Shown here one piece after another: positions 39,626 to 50,926 of a stretch of DNA of 64,000 bases. Under the pieces are notes generated by a model. The model ran no database searches. It had not been told where the DNA came from and worked only from the letters and a program-made list of their open reading frames with translations. The DNA is from an uncultured Gammaproteobacteria bacterium (GTDB taxonomy: Bacteria; Patescibacteriota; Patescibacteriia; Patescibacteriales; BS150m-G62), in assembly GCA_964569045.1 (NCBI GenBank), contig CAZMSR010000003.1:23492-87491 (forward strand), read 5' to 3'. A program made the position numbers and the translations under genes. How positions within the stretch are numbered: position 1 is the stretch's first letter; each line of letters begins with the position of its first letter.

Positions 39626-40762
39626 ATGGATAATAAAAAAATAGCCGTTATTTTGGTTAATTATAAAGATTACGCTAAAAAGTTTTTAAGTGAGTGTCGT
39701 GATAGTTTGCGTAATCAAAATTATCCCAAAGAATTATTCCAAGTTTATATTATAGATAATGCAACTAGTAGTGAAACAAGAAAATATTTAAAAAAGATGT
39801 ATCCAGAAGTCAAAGTTGTGCCTCGTGATGATGGGAATTATGCTGCTGCCAATAATGCCGGCATTAAAGCGGGTCTAGATGATGGTTGTGCGTACTTTGT
39901 AATAGCTAATATGGATACAAGATTTGATGTGAATTGGCTTTCTGAATTAATTATAGCATTGGAAAAGTATGATAATAATGGAATAGTGCAATCAAAATTA
40001 TTGCTATATCCAAAAGCTGGTTTTTCTAAAAAGGAGTTAGTGGATGTTAAAGCTAGAAGTTTTGGATTTGGATATAAGAGTGAAGAGCCTAAAGATTTAA
40101 AAATTAATTCAGTTGGAAATATTTTGCATTTTTTAGGTTTTGGGTTTACAGATGGCTATGGAGAGAATGATCGAAAAATTGAAGGGACTCCAGAAATTAA
40201 GGGTTATGCCAGTGGGTGTTCATTTATTATTAAGAAAGAAGTATTGGATGTTATTGGTGGTTATAATGAAGAGTATTATATGTATCATGATGACATTGAA
40301 ATGAGTTTAAAGACTCGGTTAGCTGGATACAGAATAGTTTTAGCACCTAGATCTGTAATGTATCATAAATACGAGTTTTCAAGATCAGTTAGAATGATAT
40401 ATCAAATGGAGCGAAATAGGTATTTGTTAATGTTTCATTTTTATAAAATACCTACTATTTTAGTTTTATTGCCAGCAATATTAATAATGGATGTAGGTAT
40501 GTTGTTTTACTCATTGATTAATGGATGGATTGGGGTAAAGTTAAATGTTTATAAATATTTTTTAAAGGTAGATTCTTGGAAGAAAATAATAAAAACAAGA
40601 AAAGAAATAAAAAAGTTACGTAAAATTAATGATTCTCAAATTGTTAAAAATGTTGTTGGTAAGGTTGAGTTTCAAGAAATAAATAATCCAGTTTTAAAAT
40701 ATATTGCTAACCCTATTTTGAATGCTTATTGGGTGTTAGTAAGAAAATTAATAAAATGGTAG
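39626..40762 (+). CDS. Glycosyltransferase family 2
   Basis: ILVNY, IDNA, NYAAANN.G, NMD, YHDDIE. Confidence 0.9.
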   Translation: MDNKKIAVILVNYKDYAKKFLSECRDSLRNQNYPKELFQVYIIDNATSSETRKYLKKMYPEVKVVPRDDGNYAAANNAGIKAGLDDGCAYFVIANMDTRFDVNWLSELIIALEKYDNNGIVQSKLLLYPKAGFSKKELVDVKARSFGFGYKSEEPKDLKINSVGNILHFLGFGFTDGYGENDRKIEGTPEIKGYASGCSFIIKKEVLDVIGGYNEEYYMYHDDIEMSLKTRLAGYRIVLAPRSVMYHKYEFSRSVRMIYQMERNRYLLMFHFYKIPTILVLLPAILIMDVGMLFYSLINGWIGVKLNVYKYFLKVDSWKKIIKTRKEIKKLRKINDSQIVKNVVGKVEFQEINNPVLKYIANPILNAYWVLVRKLIKW

Positions 40763-41547
40763 ATGTAAGTGTAGTTATAGTAAATTACAAACTTAAGGAA
40801 AAAGCTATAAATTGTTTGAAATCAATTTATGAAGCTGATTATGGTAATTATCAATTTGAAGTTATTTTAGTTGATAATGATTCTAATGATGGAATTAAAA
40901 AAGAAGTAAAAGATAGGTTTCCTCAAGTTAATTTTATTCAAACCGGTGCTAATTTAGGGATGGGAAAAGGTAATAATATTGGTTTAAAAAAAGCAAGTGG
41001 TGAATATTTACTTATTTTAAACCCAGATATAATAGTGCAAAAAGATTCAATAAAAAAAATGTGTGATAGGTTTAAGCGAGATAAGAATGTTGGCATGCTT
41101 GGCCCTAAATTATTATATCCTGATGGTGATCACCAGGATTCGTGTTTTAGATTTCCAGAGATATTAACCCCGGTTTATAGAAGAACGCCTTTGGGAAAAT
41201 TTTTTTTAAATAATATTGACAAATTTTTAATGAGAGAGTATAATATGAACACTGAGGTTGAAGCTGATTGGTTAATGGGATCTTGTTTGTTGACCAGTAG
41301 AAGTGTGTTAGATGAAGTGGGGATGTTTGATGATAGATTTTTTATGTATTTTGAGGATACGGATTTGTGTAGAAGAATTAAGGAGGTTGGTTTAAAAGTT
41401 TTGTATTATCCGGATGTTTCAATATATCATTATCATGGAAGAGGGAGCGCTGAGAATTCTTGGTATTTAGCTCCATTTAATAATAAATTAGCTAGAATTC
41501 ATATTGAAAGTTGGGCAAAATATTTTTGGAAATGGAAATTTAAATAA
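40756..41547 (+). CDS. Glycosyltransferase family 2 (rhamnosyltransferase-like)
   Basis: VVIVNY, VDNDS.D, NLGMGKGNN, LNPD, FMYFEDTDLCRR. Confidence 0.92.
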   Translation: MVDVSVVIVNYKLKEKAINCLKSIYEADYGNYQFEVILVDNDSNDGIKKEVKDRFPQVNFIQTGANLGMGKGNNIGLKKASGEYLLILNPDIIVQKDSIKKMCDRFKRDKNVGMLGPKLLYPDGDHQDSCFRFPEILTPVYRRTPLGKFFLNNIDKFLMREYNMNTEVEADWLMGSCLLTSRSVLDEVGMFDDRFFMYFEDTDLCRRIKEVGLKVLYYPDVSIYHYHGRGSAENSWYLAPFNNKLARIHIESWAKYFWKWKFK

Positions 41548-41557
41548 TTTAAAAAAA

Positions 41558-42427
41558 ATGTATAATACTAAAATTAAAAAAGCAATATTGCCAGTAGCTG
41601 GATTTGGCACTAGACTTTTACCTGCTACAAAAGCACAACCAAAGGAGATGCTCCCAGTTGTTGATAAGCCAGCTATTCAATATTTGGTTGAAGAAGCAGT
41701 AGAGGCTGGCGTGGAGGAGATTATTTTTGTAACCGGGAGAGGTAAAAGATCAATTGAAGATCATTTTGATCATTCTTTTGAGCTTGAGCATAATTTAGTG
41801 GAAAAAGAAAAGCATGATTTTTTGCGAGAGGTACAGAAGATTTCATCTTTGGCTAAGTTTTCTTATGTTAGGCAGAAAGAGCCATTAGGTGATGGGCATG
41901 CAATAAGCTGTGCTAGCCATATAGTGGGTGATGAACCGGTATTAGTTATGTTTGGAGATTGTTTGTATGATGCAAAAGTGCCTCCTGCTAAGCAGTTGAT
42001 GGATATTTATAGTAAATATAATAGACCTGTAATTGGTTTATCAAGAATTGATAAGAAAAGGGTAAATAAATTTGGGGTTATTGATGGTAGGGAAATAGAA
42101 AATGGAAATTATGAAATTAAAAATATAATTGAAAAGCCAAAACCAGAAGACGCTCCAAGTGATTTAGTTGCAGTTGGAAAGTATATTATTACAGCTGATG
42201 TTTTGGATACATTGAATGGTATGTATAATGGATTGTCTGGCGAAATTAGATTAGCTGACGCTTTTGATGTTATGCTTAAGAATGGAAGTGTTATGTATGG
42301 AAAAGAATTGGAAGGGGAGTGGCTTGATACGGGAGATAAGTTGAGTTTCATTAAGGCTACTATTAAATTGGGTTTAAAAAATAAAGAAATTGGTGAAGAT
42401 TTAAGAAATTTTATGAAATCACTTTAG
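41558..42427 (+). CDS. galU: UTP--glucose-1-phosphate uridylyltransferase
   Basis: KAILPVAGFGTRLLPATKAQPKEMLP, EDHFD, RQKEPLGDGHA, IEKP. Confidence 0.95.
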   Translation: MYNTKIKKAILPVAGFGTRLLPATKAQPKEMLPVVDKPAIQYLVEEAVEAGVEEIIFVTGRGKRSIEDHFDHSFELEHNLVEKEKHDFLREVQKISSLAKFSYVRQKEPLGDGHAISCASHIVGDEPVLVMFGDCLYDAKVPPAKQLMDIYSKYNRPVIGLSRIDKKRVNKFGVIDGREIENGNYEIKNIIEKPKPEDAPSDLVAVGKYIITADVLDTLNGMYNGLSGEIRLADAFDVMLKNGSVMYGKELEGEWLDTGDKLSFIKATIKLGLKNKEIGEDLRNFMKSL

Positions 42428-42430
42428 AAT

Positions 42431-43423
42431 TTATATTTTTAATTTATAATATCCTGTTTTGCTTCCCAAGGTTCCTGAAAAATATAATGTTTTTTTAGGA
42501 TAATTAAAATAAATATTGCTAATATTTTTTAAATTTGCTAATAAGTAGCCATTCATATCTCTTGGATTGTAAGCGTTAATATAATTTTTTGTGGCATATA
42601 TTATATAATGTTCTTTTGGCATTATTTCAGTGAATAGTATTTGATCTCTTGAATTTGTTAGTAGTTTTATTGAATTGTTTTTTTGGCTAAATTCCCATAA
42701 TTTTTGATTATTATCCACTATAGATGTATTGTTGTTTAATTTTTTATTAAATGTTATATTGTTCTTTTTAATAAAATCGTTTAAATATGTGTTTTTAATC
42801 GAATTTGCTTTGTTTTTTGATTTTGGATGATTATTTTCTTTTTCTAGCCAGTTTTTATCAGTGATAAAGTTAATAGTTTTGTTTGCTACGTTTGTTAGTT
42901 TATATGTTGTTACTTCTTCTATGATTTCGTTTTTTATGTTTAGTGTATAAAAGCCTTCTTTCGCTTGAATTAAAATATGATTAAAATTTGAAGTTATGTT
43001 AGTGTGAGTAATATTTAAATTTGCTAATAATTCTGGTAGATTTTTTTCAAGAAGATATATATTTTTTAAATTTATTGCATTATTTGGTTTAAGTGTTACA
43101 TTTTTTTGCCAGCTCCAAAAGCCTTCTTTTTTTAGTGTTATTGAGTAATTGTTCGGCAATAAATTTATTATATTAGCCGGTGTTTTTATTGGATCTTCTT
43201 TTTTAAATAGTAGTTTTTTTAAAAGATGGTATTGTTCTTGGTTGTTGAGTAATACTGTGGCTTTATTTGGTGTACTTTTGATATTTATTAATCCTGTTTT
43301 TTGAATTATACCTTCTTCGAAATTGTATTTATATCCAGATGCAAAAAATACAATAGTGGGTGATATTGTGAAAAATAAGAATGAAAAAAAAATGAATAAA
43401 ATTTTTCTGGTTTTGTGAGTCAT
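42431..43423 (-). CDS. PEGA-domain membrane-anchored protein
   Basis: N-terminal TM, GY.......TG...I.S.P..A.V, TP......L.P..Y...L.KEGF..W. Confidence 0.8.
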   Translation of the reverse strand: MTHKTRKILFIFFSFLFFTISPTIVFFASGYKYNFEEGIIQKTGLINIKSTPNKATVLLNNQEQYHLLKKLLFKKEDPIKTPANIINLLPNNYSITLKKEGFWSWQKNVTLKPNNAINLKNIYLLEKNLPELLANLNITHTNITSNFNHILIQAKEGFYTLNIKNEIIEEVTTYKLTNVANKTINFITDKNWLEKENNHPKSKNKANSIKNTYLNDFIKKNNITFNKKLNNNTSIVDNNQKLWEFSQKNNSIKLLTNSRDQILFTEIMPKEHYIIYATKNYINAYNPRDMNGYLLANLKNISNIYFNYPKKTLYFSGTLGSKTGYYKLKI

Positions 43424-43446
43424 TGATTTTTTATTTTGATGTTGAT

Positions 43447-44706
43447 TTAAGGTATTCTCAAAATTTGAGCTCCTATTGCTTTCAATCTTTGGTCAATATT
43501 TTCATAGCCTCTGTCTACTTGATAAATATTATCGATCTCTGTTGTTCCTTTTGCTATGAGTCCTGCTAAAATTAAAGTTATTCCAGCTCTTAAATCCGGG
43601 CTTATTAGTTTGTGACCATATAGCTTTGTTGGGCCTGCTACTTGTACTCTGTGAGGGTCAAATGTAATGATGTTTGCGCCCATGTGTTTTAGCATGTCGG
43701 TAAATAATAGTCGTTGGTCATATATTGTTTCGTGAATTAATGTAGTGCCTTGTGCTTGAGTTGCCAGTAAGGTATAAGGTGGTTGTAAGTCAGTTGGGAA
43801 TCCTGGGTATTCATGAGTTTTAATGCTGTAAGGTGTTATTTTTTTGGTTGGGAATATTTCTAATGTTGAAGCGTCTTTTTTGAAATTTATGCCTTGTTTT
43901 TTAAATATATTTAGCAATATTTCTATATGGTTAGGATCGCAGTTTAGTATTTTAATATTGGATTTTGTAAGAGCAGCCATGATAGCAAAAGTGCCAGTTT
44001 CTATTCTGTCAGGAATAACCTTGAAAGTGTCTGCATTTATACTTTCTTTGCCTATTATGGTCATGGTGGGAGAGCCAATACCGATAATATTTGCACCAAC
44101 TTTATTCAGGTAGTTAGCCAACGCTATTATCTCTGGTTCCATGGCACAGTTTTTTAAGGTGGTTTTACCTTTTGCAAGAATAGCGCACATTAACATGCTT
44201 TCTGTTGCTGTAACGCTTATTTTATTAAAAAAATATTCGCAACCTGTAAGTTTTTTTGTTTTTATAATGTAACTTCTTTCATTTTCTTTTACCTCAGCGC
44301 CAAAGGCTTTAAAACCATCTAAAAATAAATCTATAGGTCTTCCGGCAGCACCTAAAACGCAGCCACCTGGATGAGGGAATTCAATCTCGCCAAAACGTGC
44401 TAGAAGGGGGGCTGCGAACATTATTGAAGCTCTAAATTGACTTGCTAATTTTTTATGTAATTTAGCACTGTTTATGTTTGCGGTATTGATAGTGCATTTA
44501 TTTTTACTTTTTTTTACTTCTCCTCCAAGTGATTCAATTAGTTTGAGGGATTTTTTTACATCTTCGATATTTGGTAAGTTTGTTATGGTGATGGGTTCTT
44601 TAGAAAGTATTGACGCAGGAATAATTTTAATTGCTAAATTTTTAGCACCTTTAACTTCTATTGCTCCACTTAGCTCTGCTTTACCGTTTATGATAAATTT
44701 TGCCAT
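43447..44706 (-). CDS. murA: UDP-N-acetylglucosamine 1-carboxyvinyltransferase
   Basis: GAKN, RAS, PGGC, SVTATE, EPEI, PDRIE, PGFPTDLQ, DLRAG, RGYE; ATG at 44706. Confidence 0.96.
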   Translation of the reverse strand: MAKFIINGKAELSGAIEVKGAKNLAIKIIPASILSKEPITITNLPNIEDVKKSLKLIESLGGEVKKSKNKCTINTANINSAKLHKKLASQFRASIMFAAPLLARFGEIEFPHPGGCVLGAAGRPIDLFLDGFKAFGAEVKENERSYIIKTKKLTGCEYFFNKISVTATESMLMCAILAKGKTTLKNCAMEPEIIALANYLNKVGANIIGIGSPTMTIIGKESINADTFKVIPDRIETGTFAIMAALTKSNIKILNCDPNHIEILLNIFKKQGINFKKDASTLEIFPTKKITPYSIKTHEYPGFPTDLQPPYTLLATQAQGTTLIHETIYDQRLLFTDMLKHMGANIITFDPHRVQVAGPTKLYGHKLISPDLRAGITLILAGLIAKGTTEIDNIYQVDRGYENIDQRLKAIGAQILRIP

Positions 44707-45073
44707 ATAATTTATTATAAATTTAAAAATTCCACTAAATATTATCATTTTTATGTAAATTTAGCAATAATTGATTTAGTGAATGCTATTTAAAATTAAG
44801 TAATTCATCTATTAATATTGTGTGTAATTTTGTGTAAGCTTATAAATTAAATTAGTGTATAAACTCCAATAAGAGCAAAGAATGAAACGATATTTTCTAC
44901 AACAATAATATTATTAACTACAAGCTAATTGGTAGTTTTTTATTTTTTTTTAGTTTGTGGTATGAATGTAAAATTATTGAAAAAAAGTTGTTTATATTAA
45001 TGGAATGAATAAAATAAGTTTGTTTATTTTGAGAATTTAAAGGAAGTGAAGTTATTTTATATTTATTTTAAGA

Positions 45074-46489
45074 TTAGTGGATTTTCCAGGTTGTTGTTTC
45101 TTTTTTATCTTCTATGTTTATTCCTAGTTTATTTAATTTATTTCTTATATTATCAGCTTCTTTCCAGTCTTTTTCTTTTCTAGCTTTGTTTCTTTTATTT
45201 ATTAGTTCTTGAATTTTTTTTTGAAGATTTTTATCTATGTTTGCTTGATTGCAATATTTTAGATTTAAACCAAGGATTTTGTCAAAATCAATAATTGTTG
45301 CGTGTTTAGTGCTATCAGTTAAATCACTTTTTAATAAATCTTGCGCAACAGCAAAAGCTTCCGGAGTATTAAAGTCATCTAATATGGCTTTAGTAAACCT
45401 AGTTTTAAAATTGTTATCAATATTACCTTTATTGTTGTTTGTTAGTTTTATTATTTTTTCGCACAAATGATTATATCCATTCTGAGCAGCTTTTAAGGAT
45501 TCCCATGTAAAGTTTAATTTAGAGCGGTAATGTGCTTGCAAGAATAAGTACCGTAAAGCTAGGGGTTGAAAGCCTTTATTTTTTATTTTACTTAAAGAGT
45601 AGCTAGTTCCTTCGGATTTTGCCATTTTTTTATTATCTACTAATAAGTGTTCATTGTGCATCCAATAATTAACAAATTTAACGTTGTTTGCGTTTTCGCT
45701 TTGGGCTATTTCATTAGTGTGGTGAATCGGTATATGCTCTATTCCACCTAAATGAATATCTATGGTATTCCCAAGGTGTTTGCGACTCATAGCTGAGCAT
45801 TCAATATGCCAACCCGGAAAACCTTCACCATTATTAACTAGCTTTGATTTAAACGGACTAGACCAATATTGAAGTGCATTTTTATGAGAGCCTGCTTTAA
45901 AGAACCAAAGGGCAAAATCATGCGCTGATTTTTTTTGATGGTCAGTGATATCTCCAGCACCTTCTCCTTTGATGTTTTCTTTAAGTACTTGTCCTGATAA
46001 GCGAGTATAGTCTTTAGCTTTGGAAATATCAAAATATACTGCTAAATCAGTTAAGTAAGCAAATCCTTTATTTAATAAAATTTCAATCATTTCAATCATT
46101 TCATTTATATGTTTGGTTGCAAGTGGTTTTACATCCGGTTCTGATAGATTTAGTTCATGAGTGTCTTTTTCATAAATTTTTATGTATTTATTTGCAATTT
46201 TTATAGGGTCAAGTGCTTCTCTTTTTGCTGCTTTTTCCATTTTGTCAATGCCAATATCGGCATCGCTTGTTAAGTGACCAACATCAGTATAATTTCGAAC
46301 ATATTTAACTTTGTATTTAAGATATTCTAATGTTCGAACCACAAAATCAACACATGATGCTCCTCTTAGGTTCCCAATGTGTTGAGTCCAATAAACAGTA
46401 GGACCACAATAATAAAGGCTAATTTTATTTTTATTAATCGGCTTAAAGTTTTCTTTTTGTTTTGTTTGAGTATTGTAGATTTGTAGCAT
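45074..46489 (-). CDS. cysS: Cysteine--tRNA ligase
   Basis: [38 protein letters not shown]. Confidence 0.97.
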   Translation of the reverse strand: MLQIYNTQTKQKENFKPINKNKISLYYCGPTVYWTQHIGNLRGASCVDFVVRTLEYLKYKVKYVRNYTDVGHLTSDADIGIDKMEKAAKREALDPIKIANKYIKIYEKDTHELNLSEPDVKPLATKHINEMIEMIEILLNKGFAYLTDLAVYFDISKAKDYTRLSGQVLKENIKGEGAGDITDHQKKSAHDFALWFFKAGSHKNALQYWSSPFKSKLVNNGEGFPGWHIECSAMSRKHLGNTIDIHLGGIEHIPIHHTNEIAQSENANNVKFVNYWMHNEHLLVDNKKMAKSEGTSYSLSKIKNKGFQPLALRYLFLQAHYRSKLNFTWESLKAAQNGYNHLCEKIIKLTNNNKGNIDNNFKTRFTKAILDDFNTPEAFAVAQDLLKSDLTDSTKHATIIDFDKILGLNLKYCNQANIDKNLQKKIQELINKRNKARKEKDWKEADNIRNKLNKLGINIEDKKETTTWKIH

Positions 46490-46567
46490 TTATATAAGTA
46501 TAGATTCTATTTTGTTCCGGTGTCAATTTTTCTTTACTAAAAACCTTAAAAAGACTATTATATATAC

Positions 46568-48169
46568 ATGGTTAAAAAATTAATTAATGCTCAAATTAAT
46601 AATATTACATTGGCAGCCGCACTCGTGGCTGTTTCCTCTTTAATTAGTCGAATATTGGGTATTTTTCGTGATAGAATTTTGGCAGGTGAATTTGGGGCGG
46701 GAGATACTTTAGATGTATATTTTGCAGCCTTTAGAGTGCCTGATTTAGTGTATAATTTAATTGTTTTAGGGGCGCTTTCAGCTGGGTTTATTCCAATTTT
46801 TACAGAGTTATTGCAAAAGAAAGATGGGAAAACTTGTGATATTATTCAAAAAGGTTCGCATAAAGTTGCCTGGGAGTTTACTAATAACCTTATTAATATT
46901 TTATTGCTGGCTTTAATCGGGTTATCTGTTCTTGGTGTAATTTTAGCGCCTTTTTTAATGAAGTTAGTTGCGCCCGGGTTTAGTGGTGCCAAGTTTGAAG
47001 AAACAGTGTTTTTAACTAGGATAATGTTTTTTTCTCCTATAATTTTGGGTTTATCCGGAGTGGTGGGAGGAGTGCTGCAATCTTTTAAGAGATTTTTTGT
47101 TTATTCGCTTAGTCCAATAATGTATAATGTTGGGATAATAATCGGTGCTTTGTTTTTTGTACCGATTTGGGGTATTTATGGCTTAGCATACGGTGTTGTT
47201 TTCGGGGCTTTCTTGCATTTGTTGATTCAGGCGCCAACTTTATTTACACTTGGTTTTCGTTATAGATTTTTTATAAATTTAAAAAGTAATAAATTAAGGA
47301 AAATTGGTCGTTTAATGGTGCCAAGACTGATGAGTTTAGGAATACTCCAAATTAATCTTCTTGTTATTACTATTATTGCATCAACTCTTGAAAGCGGATC
47401 GTTAAGTGTGTTTAATCTAGCTAATAATTTAGCATTTTTTCCTATAGGGATTTTTGGAATATCGTTTGCTGTAGCTGCTTTTCCTGCTCTTTCTGTGCAT
47501 GTTAAAAATAGCGAGCTTTTTATTAAAACATTTTCAAAGACTTTTCGTAATATTCTTTTTTTTATAGTACCTTCTACAGTAATATTAATGACGTTAAAAG
47601 CCCAAATTATACGTGTTATATTTGGGACGGGAAGATTTGACTGGAATGATACTATCATGACTTTACAGACTCTTGAGTATTTTGCTATCTCTCTATTTGC
47701 TCAAGCTACTATTCCATTGCTGTCAAGAATGTTTTTTGCACAAGAAGATTCAAAGACGCCTTTTATGCTAGGTTTGGCTAGTGCTATTTTAAATATTGTA
47801 TTATCTTATTATCTTTCTATTAAAATGGGAGTTGGTGGTCTTGCATTAGCTTTTTCAATTGCAAGTATTTTTAATTTTATTTTGCTTTGGATTTTTTTAA
47901 AGGCAAGGATGGGGAATTTAGACGAGGTGCGGATTATTAGTTCGGTGATTAAGTTTAGTGCTGCTGCTGTTGGTTGTGGTGTAGTGATTCAGTTTTCAAA
48001 AGAATTATTGGTTTGGTATGTGAACATGGAAAAGTTATGGGGCGTATTTATGCAGGGTTTTATAGCGGCAATTTTTGGGCTAACTGCTTATATTTTGTTG
48101 TGTATTATTTTTAGGAGTGGAGAGTTGTTTCATTTTTTTAAAATGTTAAGTTTTAGATTTAAAAAATAA
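46568..48169 (+). CDS. murJ: Lipid II flippase MurJ (MviN)
   Basis: SRILG..RD, AAFRVPD, GALSAGFIP, about 14 TM helices. Confidence 0.94.
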   Translation: MVKKLINAQINNITLAAALVAVSSLISRILGIFRDRILAGEFGAGDTLDVYFAAFRVPDLVYNLIVLGALSAGFIPIFTELLQKKDGKTCDIIQKGSHKVAWEFTNNLINILLLALIGLSVLGVILAPFLMKLVAPGFSGAKFEETVFLTRIMFFSPIILGLSGVVGGVLQSFKRFFVYSLSPIMYNVGIIIGALFFVPIWGIYGLAYGVVFGAFLHLLIQAPTLFTLGFRYRFFINLKSNKLRKIGRLMVPRLMSLGILQINLLVITIIASTLESGSLSVFNLANNLAFFPIGIFGISFAVAAFPALSVHVKNSELFIKTFSKTFRNILFFIVPSTVILMTLKAQIIRVIFGTGRFDWNDTIMTLQTLEYFAISLFAQATIPLLSRMFFAQEDSKTPFMLGLASAILNIVLSYYLSIKMGVGGLALAFSIASIFNFILLWIFLKARMGNLDEVRIISSVIKFSAAAVGCGVVIQFSKELLVWYVNMEKLWGVFMQGFIAAIFGLTAYILLCIIFRSGELFHFFKMLSFRFKK

Positions 48170-48192
48170 TTTAATATTGTTAGTTGCTTTTT

Positions 48193-50136
48193 TTATTTTT
48201 CCATTTTTTTGTATGTTTTTAAAAATTCAATAGTTTTTTTTCGTTCATCTAGGGCTAATTGTGAAGCATTTTGAGTTTTAAATAAAAAGTTATTAAATAA
48301 AGTGTAATCATTGATAATTTTAATTTTTTGAATATAGGTTTTGGCTTTTTCTGTGTGTGATATTGTTTTTTTACATATTTCTTCTATACAATCATACCAA
48401 AATATTTTTTGTAAATTATGTAAGTCTTTTTCTAAATTTATTTTGTTTTTTTTATATTTTTTTAGAATTTTTATTACAACATATGTTATTTGTCCATTTT
48501 TTAAATCTTTTTCCCAATCGTGTGCATCGTCATTTAATTGTCTGGCAATAATGTAGTGTTTAAAAAATAGTAATAAATGTTTTACTTCTTTTGAATCGGT
48601 TGAATACCCAAGAAGCATTAGTATTGCTATTGGTCCAATAGCATGTCCCATGGATTTTTGAGCTAATATAGACAAGTCTTTAAAATCAGGAAATATATAA
48701 TTTTTAGTATCTATTGTATTTTTTTTAATGGCTATTCTGCAATTGTTAATTTCCCACGAATTTGCTGAATCTATTTTACTTAGAATATCTTCAAAAAAGT
48801 TTTTAAAATCTGGGTTGTTTTGGCTAATATAGAGAATATTTTTATATACTTTTCGTGATAAAATATTTGCTATTGGTAATAGTTTCTCATCTCCTTCATA
48901 GTCTATAATGTTGTCATAAATTGTATAAGCTATCCAGCCTTGTAAGTTAATTTCTCCTAAGCAAATATTATGATTGATGTTTATCTGCTTATTTGCATTG
49001 TTAAGCATTTGAGTAAAAAAGTATGCAAGTAGTATTATTGGTTGCTCTTTGTCGGTTTTTAGGTTTTTTTCTAGGATTTGGTTAATTTCTTTTTGTGAGC
49101 TTTGGTCTAGTTTTTTAAATACTGTTTTTGTGTTTTTTATAACTTCATGTTTTATAAAATTTTTGTTTTCAGAGTTATTTATGTTTCTTTTTTGTTTGTT
49201 ATTTTTGTGTTTGGATAATGCTTCTAAGCAAAATGCCGTTGTTAAGGCCTTTGAACCCGCATGATACTTATTATTATCACCTTTTGGATTAATTCCTAAA
49301 TAAAAAGATTGTGCTGGCCATGCGCCATTCTTACAATTTTTTATTATATAATCAATGCTTTCTTCTTGATTGTTGTGGTGGTGAATATTGTTTAATGTGG
49401 TTAAACTTAGAGCAGTGAATAATGGGTTATTCCAATTGTTGTTTTTATTTTTTGCGTTATTTAAAAAGTCTGCTATATTTTTTTTATTTATGCCATTATA
49501 TGACCTTGATATAAAATAGATTATTGGAAATGGAGAAGTGTAGTATGGAGAAGTATAACTTTCTCTTGTTATTGCTTTATCTATAAAATTGTTTAATCCT
49601 TCAAGATTTACTTCGTGTAAAGATAAAAAGTATGCAATATTGCTGTTAACGGCTAAGTCTGTATCATGCCAAACTTTATCAGCTTCCGGATTAGTGATCC
49701 ATGATTTATAAGGTCCTCCTTCTTTTATTTCTAAATGAGTTAAAAGTGTTACAAATTTTGCCATCACATCGCCGTCAATTAGTTTGTTGTTATATTCATA
49801 AAGCGCAGATAAAGCGCAGCTTGTGTCATCTAAATCATCGGGATATGGCATTTTTAAATAATCTTTTGAGCGTCGATCCCAATAATTAAATGTCCAATGA
49901 TTGGTTTTTTGATTTAAAAGAAAGTAGGCAGCTTTGCGTTTTATTATTTTTATTTCAGGTGTTTCAGCTAATTTACATAGAGCTGATAATATTAAGGTTG
50001 TTGAAAATACAGATTCACATTTATATGCATTGTTAAAATTATTTTCATGGAGTGATGTGTAGCTTGGAAAGCTTCCGTTTCTTTCTTGTTCTGCTAATAG
50101 AAATTTAATTGATTTTTTAATAGTTTCTTTGATCAT
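48193..50136 (-). CDS. Bifunctional class II terpene cyclase-like / isoprenyl-transferase-like (ComQ-like) protein
   Basis: N-half: QW-like repeats (FLLAEQERNGSF, YIIKNCKNGAW) and DxDD motif (YPDDLDDT, DLDD at 49825-49836). C-half: helical, with Asp-rich YDNIID and RQLNDDAHDWEKD. Confidence 0.75.
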   Translation of the reverse strand: MIKETIKKSIKFLLAEQERNGSFPSYTSLHENNFNNAYKCESVFSTTLILSALCKLAETPEIKIIKRKAAYFLLNQKTNHWTFNYWDRRSKDYLKMPYPDDLDDTSCALSALYEYNNKLIDGDVMAKFVTLLTHLEIKEGGPYKSWITNPEADKVWHDTDLAVNSNIAYFLSLHEVNLEGLNNFIDKAITRESYTSPYYTSPFPIIYFISRSYNGINKKNIADFLNNAKNKNNNWNNPLFTALSLTTLNNIHHHNNQEESIDYIIKNCKNGAWPAQSFYLGINPKGDNNKYHAGSKALTTAFCLEALSKHKNNKQKRNINNSENKNFIKHEVIKNTKTVFKKLDQSSQKEINQILEKNLKTDKEQPIILLAYFFTQMLNNANKQININHNICLGEINLQGWIAYTIYDNIIDYEGDEKLLPIANILSRKVYKNILYISQNNPDFKNFFEDILSKIDSANSWEINNCRIAIKKNTIDTKNYIFPDFKDLSILAQKSMGHAIGPIAILMLLGYSTDSKEVKHLLLFFKHYIIARQLNDDAHDWEKDLKNGQITYVVIKILKKYKKNKINLEKDLHNLQKIFWYDCIEEICKKTISHTEKAKTYIQKIKIINDYTLFNNFLFKTQNASQLALDERKKTIEFLKTYKKMEK

Positions 50137-50169
50137 ATTTATTGGGTTTGTTTGAACTGACGTTCAAGT

Positions 50170-50865
50170 TTATTTAAGAGTTAAAATAAAATATTTTTCT
50201 TTGCCTGTCTTTATTGTGGTTGAATTATATCCACATGAGTCAAAATCTGTAAAAAAACCAAAGGAGAAAGTAAAGCCTAAGTTATTTTTAAGTATATTGT
50301 TAGCATTTAATCGTTTTTTCCCTATTGGTTTATCTGTATATGAGCCAATAAATATTTTTACACTTGTGGATATGCATTTTTTTAATGATATTAAGAGATT
50401 AATAGACGATTCTTTATCTATCATTCCCCAAAAATTATTCATAATAACATTTTTAATATGATCTAATTTTGTAAAATTAAAATTTTCGATTTTTTCCGGA
50501 AATAATTTGATATTTGTATAACTTTCTAGTCTGTATTTTGCTTCATTTAGCATTATTTTAGATCTGTCTATGCCATAAATAGGATTGTATCCTGCATCTG
50601 CACAGCGCATAAGCAGATCTCCTCGACCACACCCAATTTGAAGCACTGATCCTTCGTTGAAGTGTGGTTTTAGTATATCTAATAACCAAGAGTAATCTGC
50701 ATCCTGTAAACTGGCATGCTCTTCGTTAATAAAGTCATACACTTCTGCTCCAGTTTTGATTTTGCCTGAAAGAATATTCTTATAAGCTCCTTCTTCTTTG
50801 ATTTGCTCTAGGATTGATTTGGGGATGAAATTGAATATTTCATCTAATGCTTCTTCGTTTGTCAT
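50170..50865 (-). CDS. Class I SAM-dependent methyltransferase
   Basis: VLQIGCGRG motif I, GIDRS..ML..A motif II; ATG 50865 preferred because GTG 50892 lies inside a hairpin. Confidence 0.82.
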   Translation of the reverse strand: MTNEEALDEIFNFIPKSILEQIKEEGAYKNILSGKIKTGAEVYDFINEEHASLQDADYSWLLDILKPHFNEGSVLQIGCGRGDLLMRCADAGYNPIYGIDRSKIMLNEAKYRLESYTNIKLFPEKIENFNFTKLDHIKNVIMNNFWGMIDKESSINLLISLKKCISTSVKIFIGSYTDKPIGKKRLNANNILKNNLGFTFSFGFFTDFDSCGYNSTTIKTGKEKYFILTLK

Positions 50866-50877
50866 ATGTTTTTTATT

Positions 50878-50904
50878 AAAAAACTCGGTCACTAACCGAG
50901 TTTT
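50878..50904 (-). terminator. Hairpin/terminator between kinase and methyltransferase
   Basis: AAAACTCGGT-N5-ACCGAGTTTT palindrome, T-run on the minus strand. Confidence 0.55.
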
Positions 50905-50926
50905 AAAAAAAGATTAGTATTAAAAT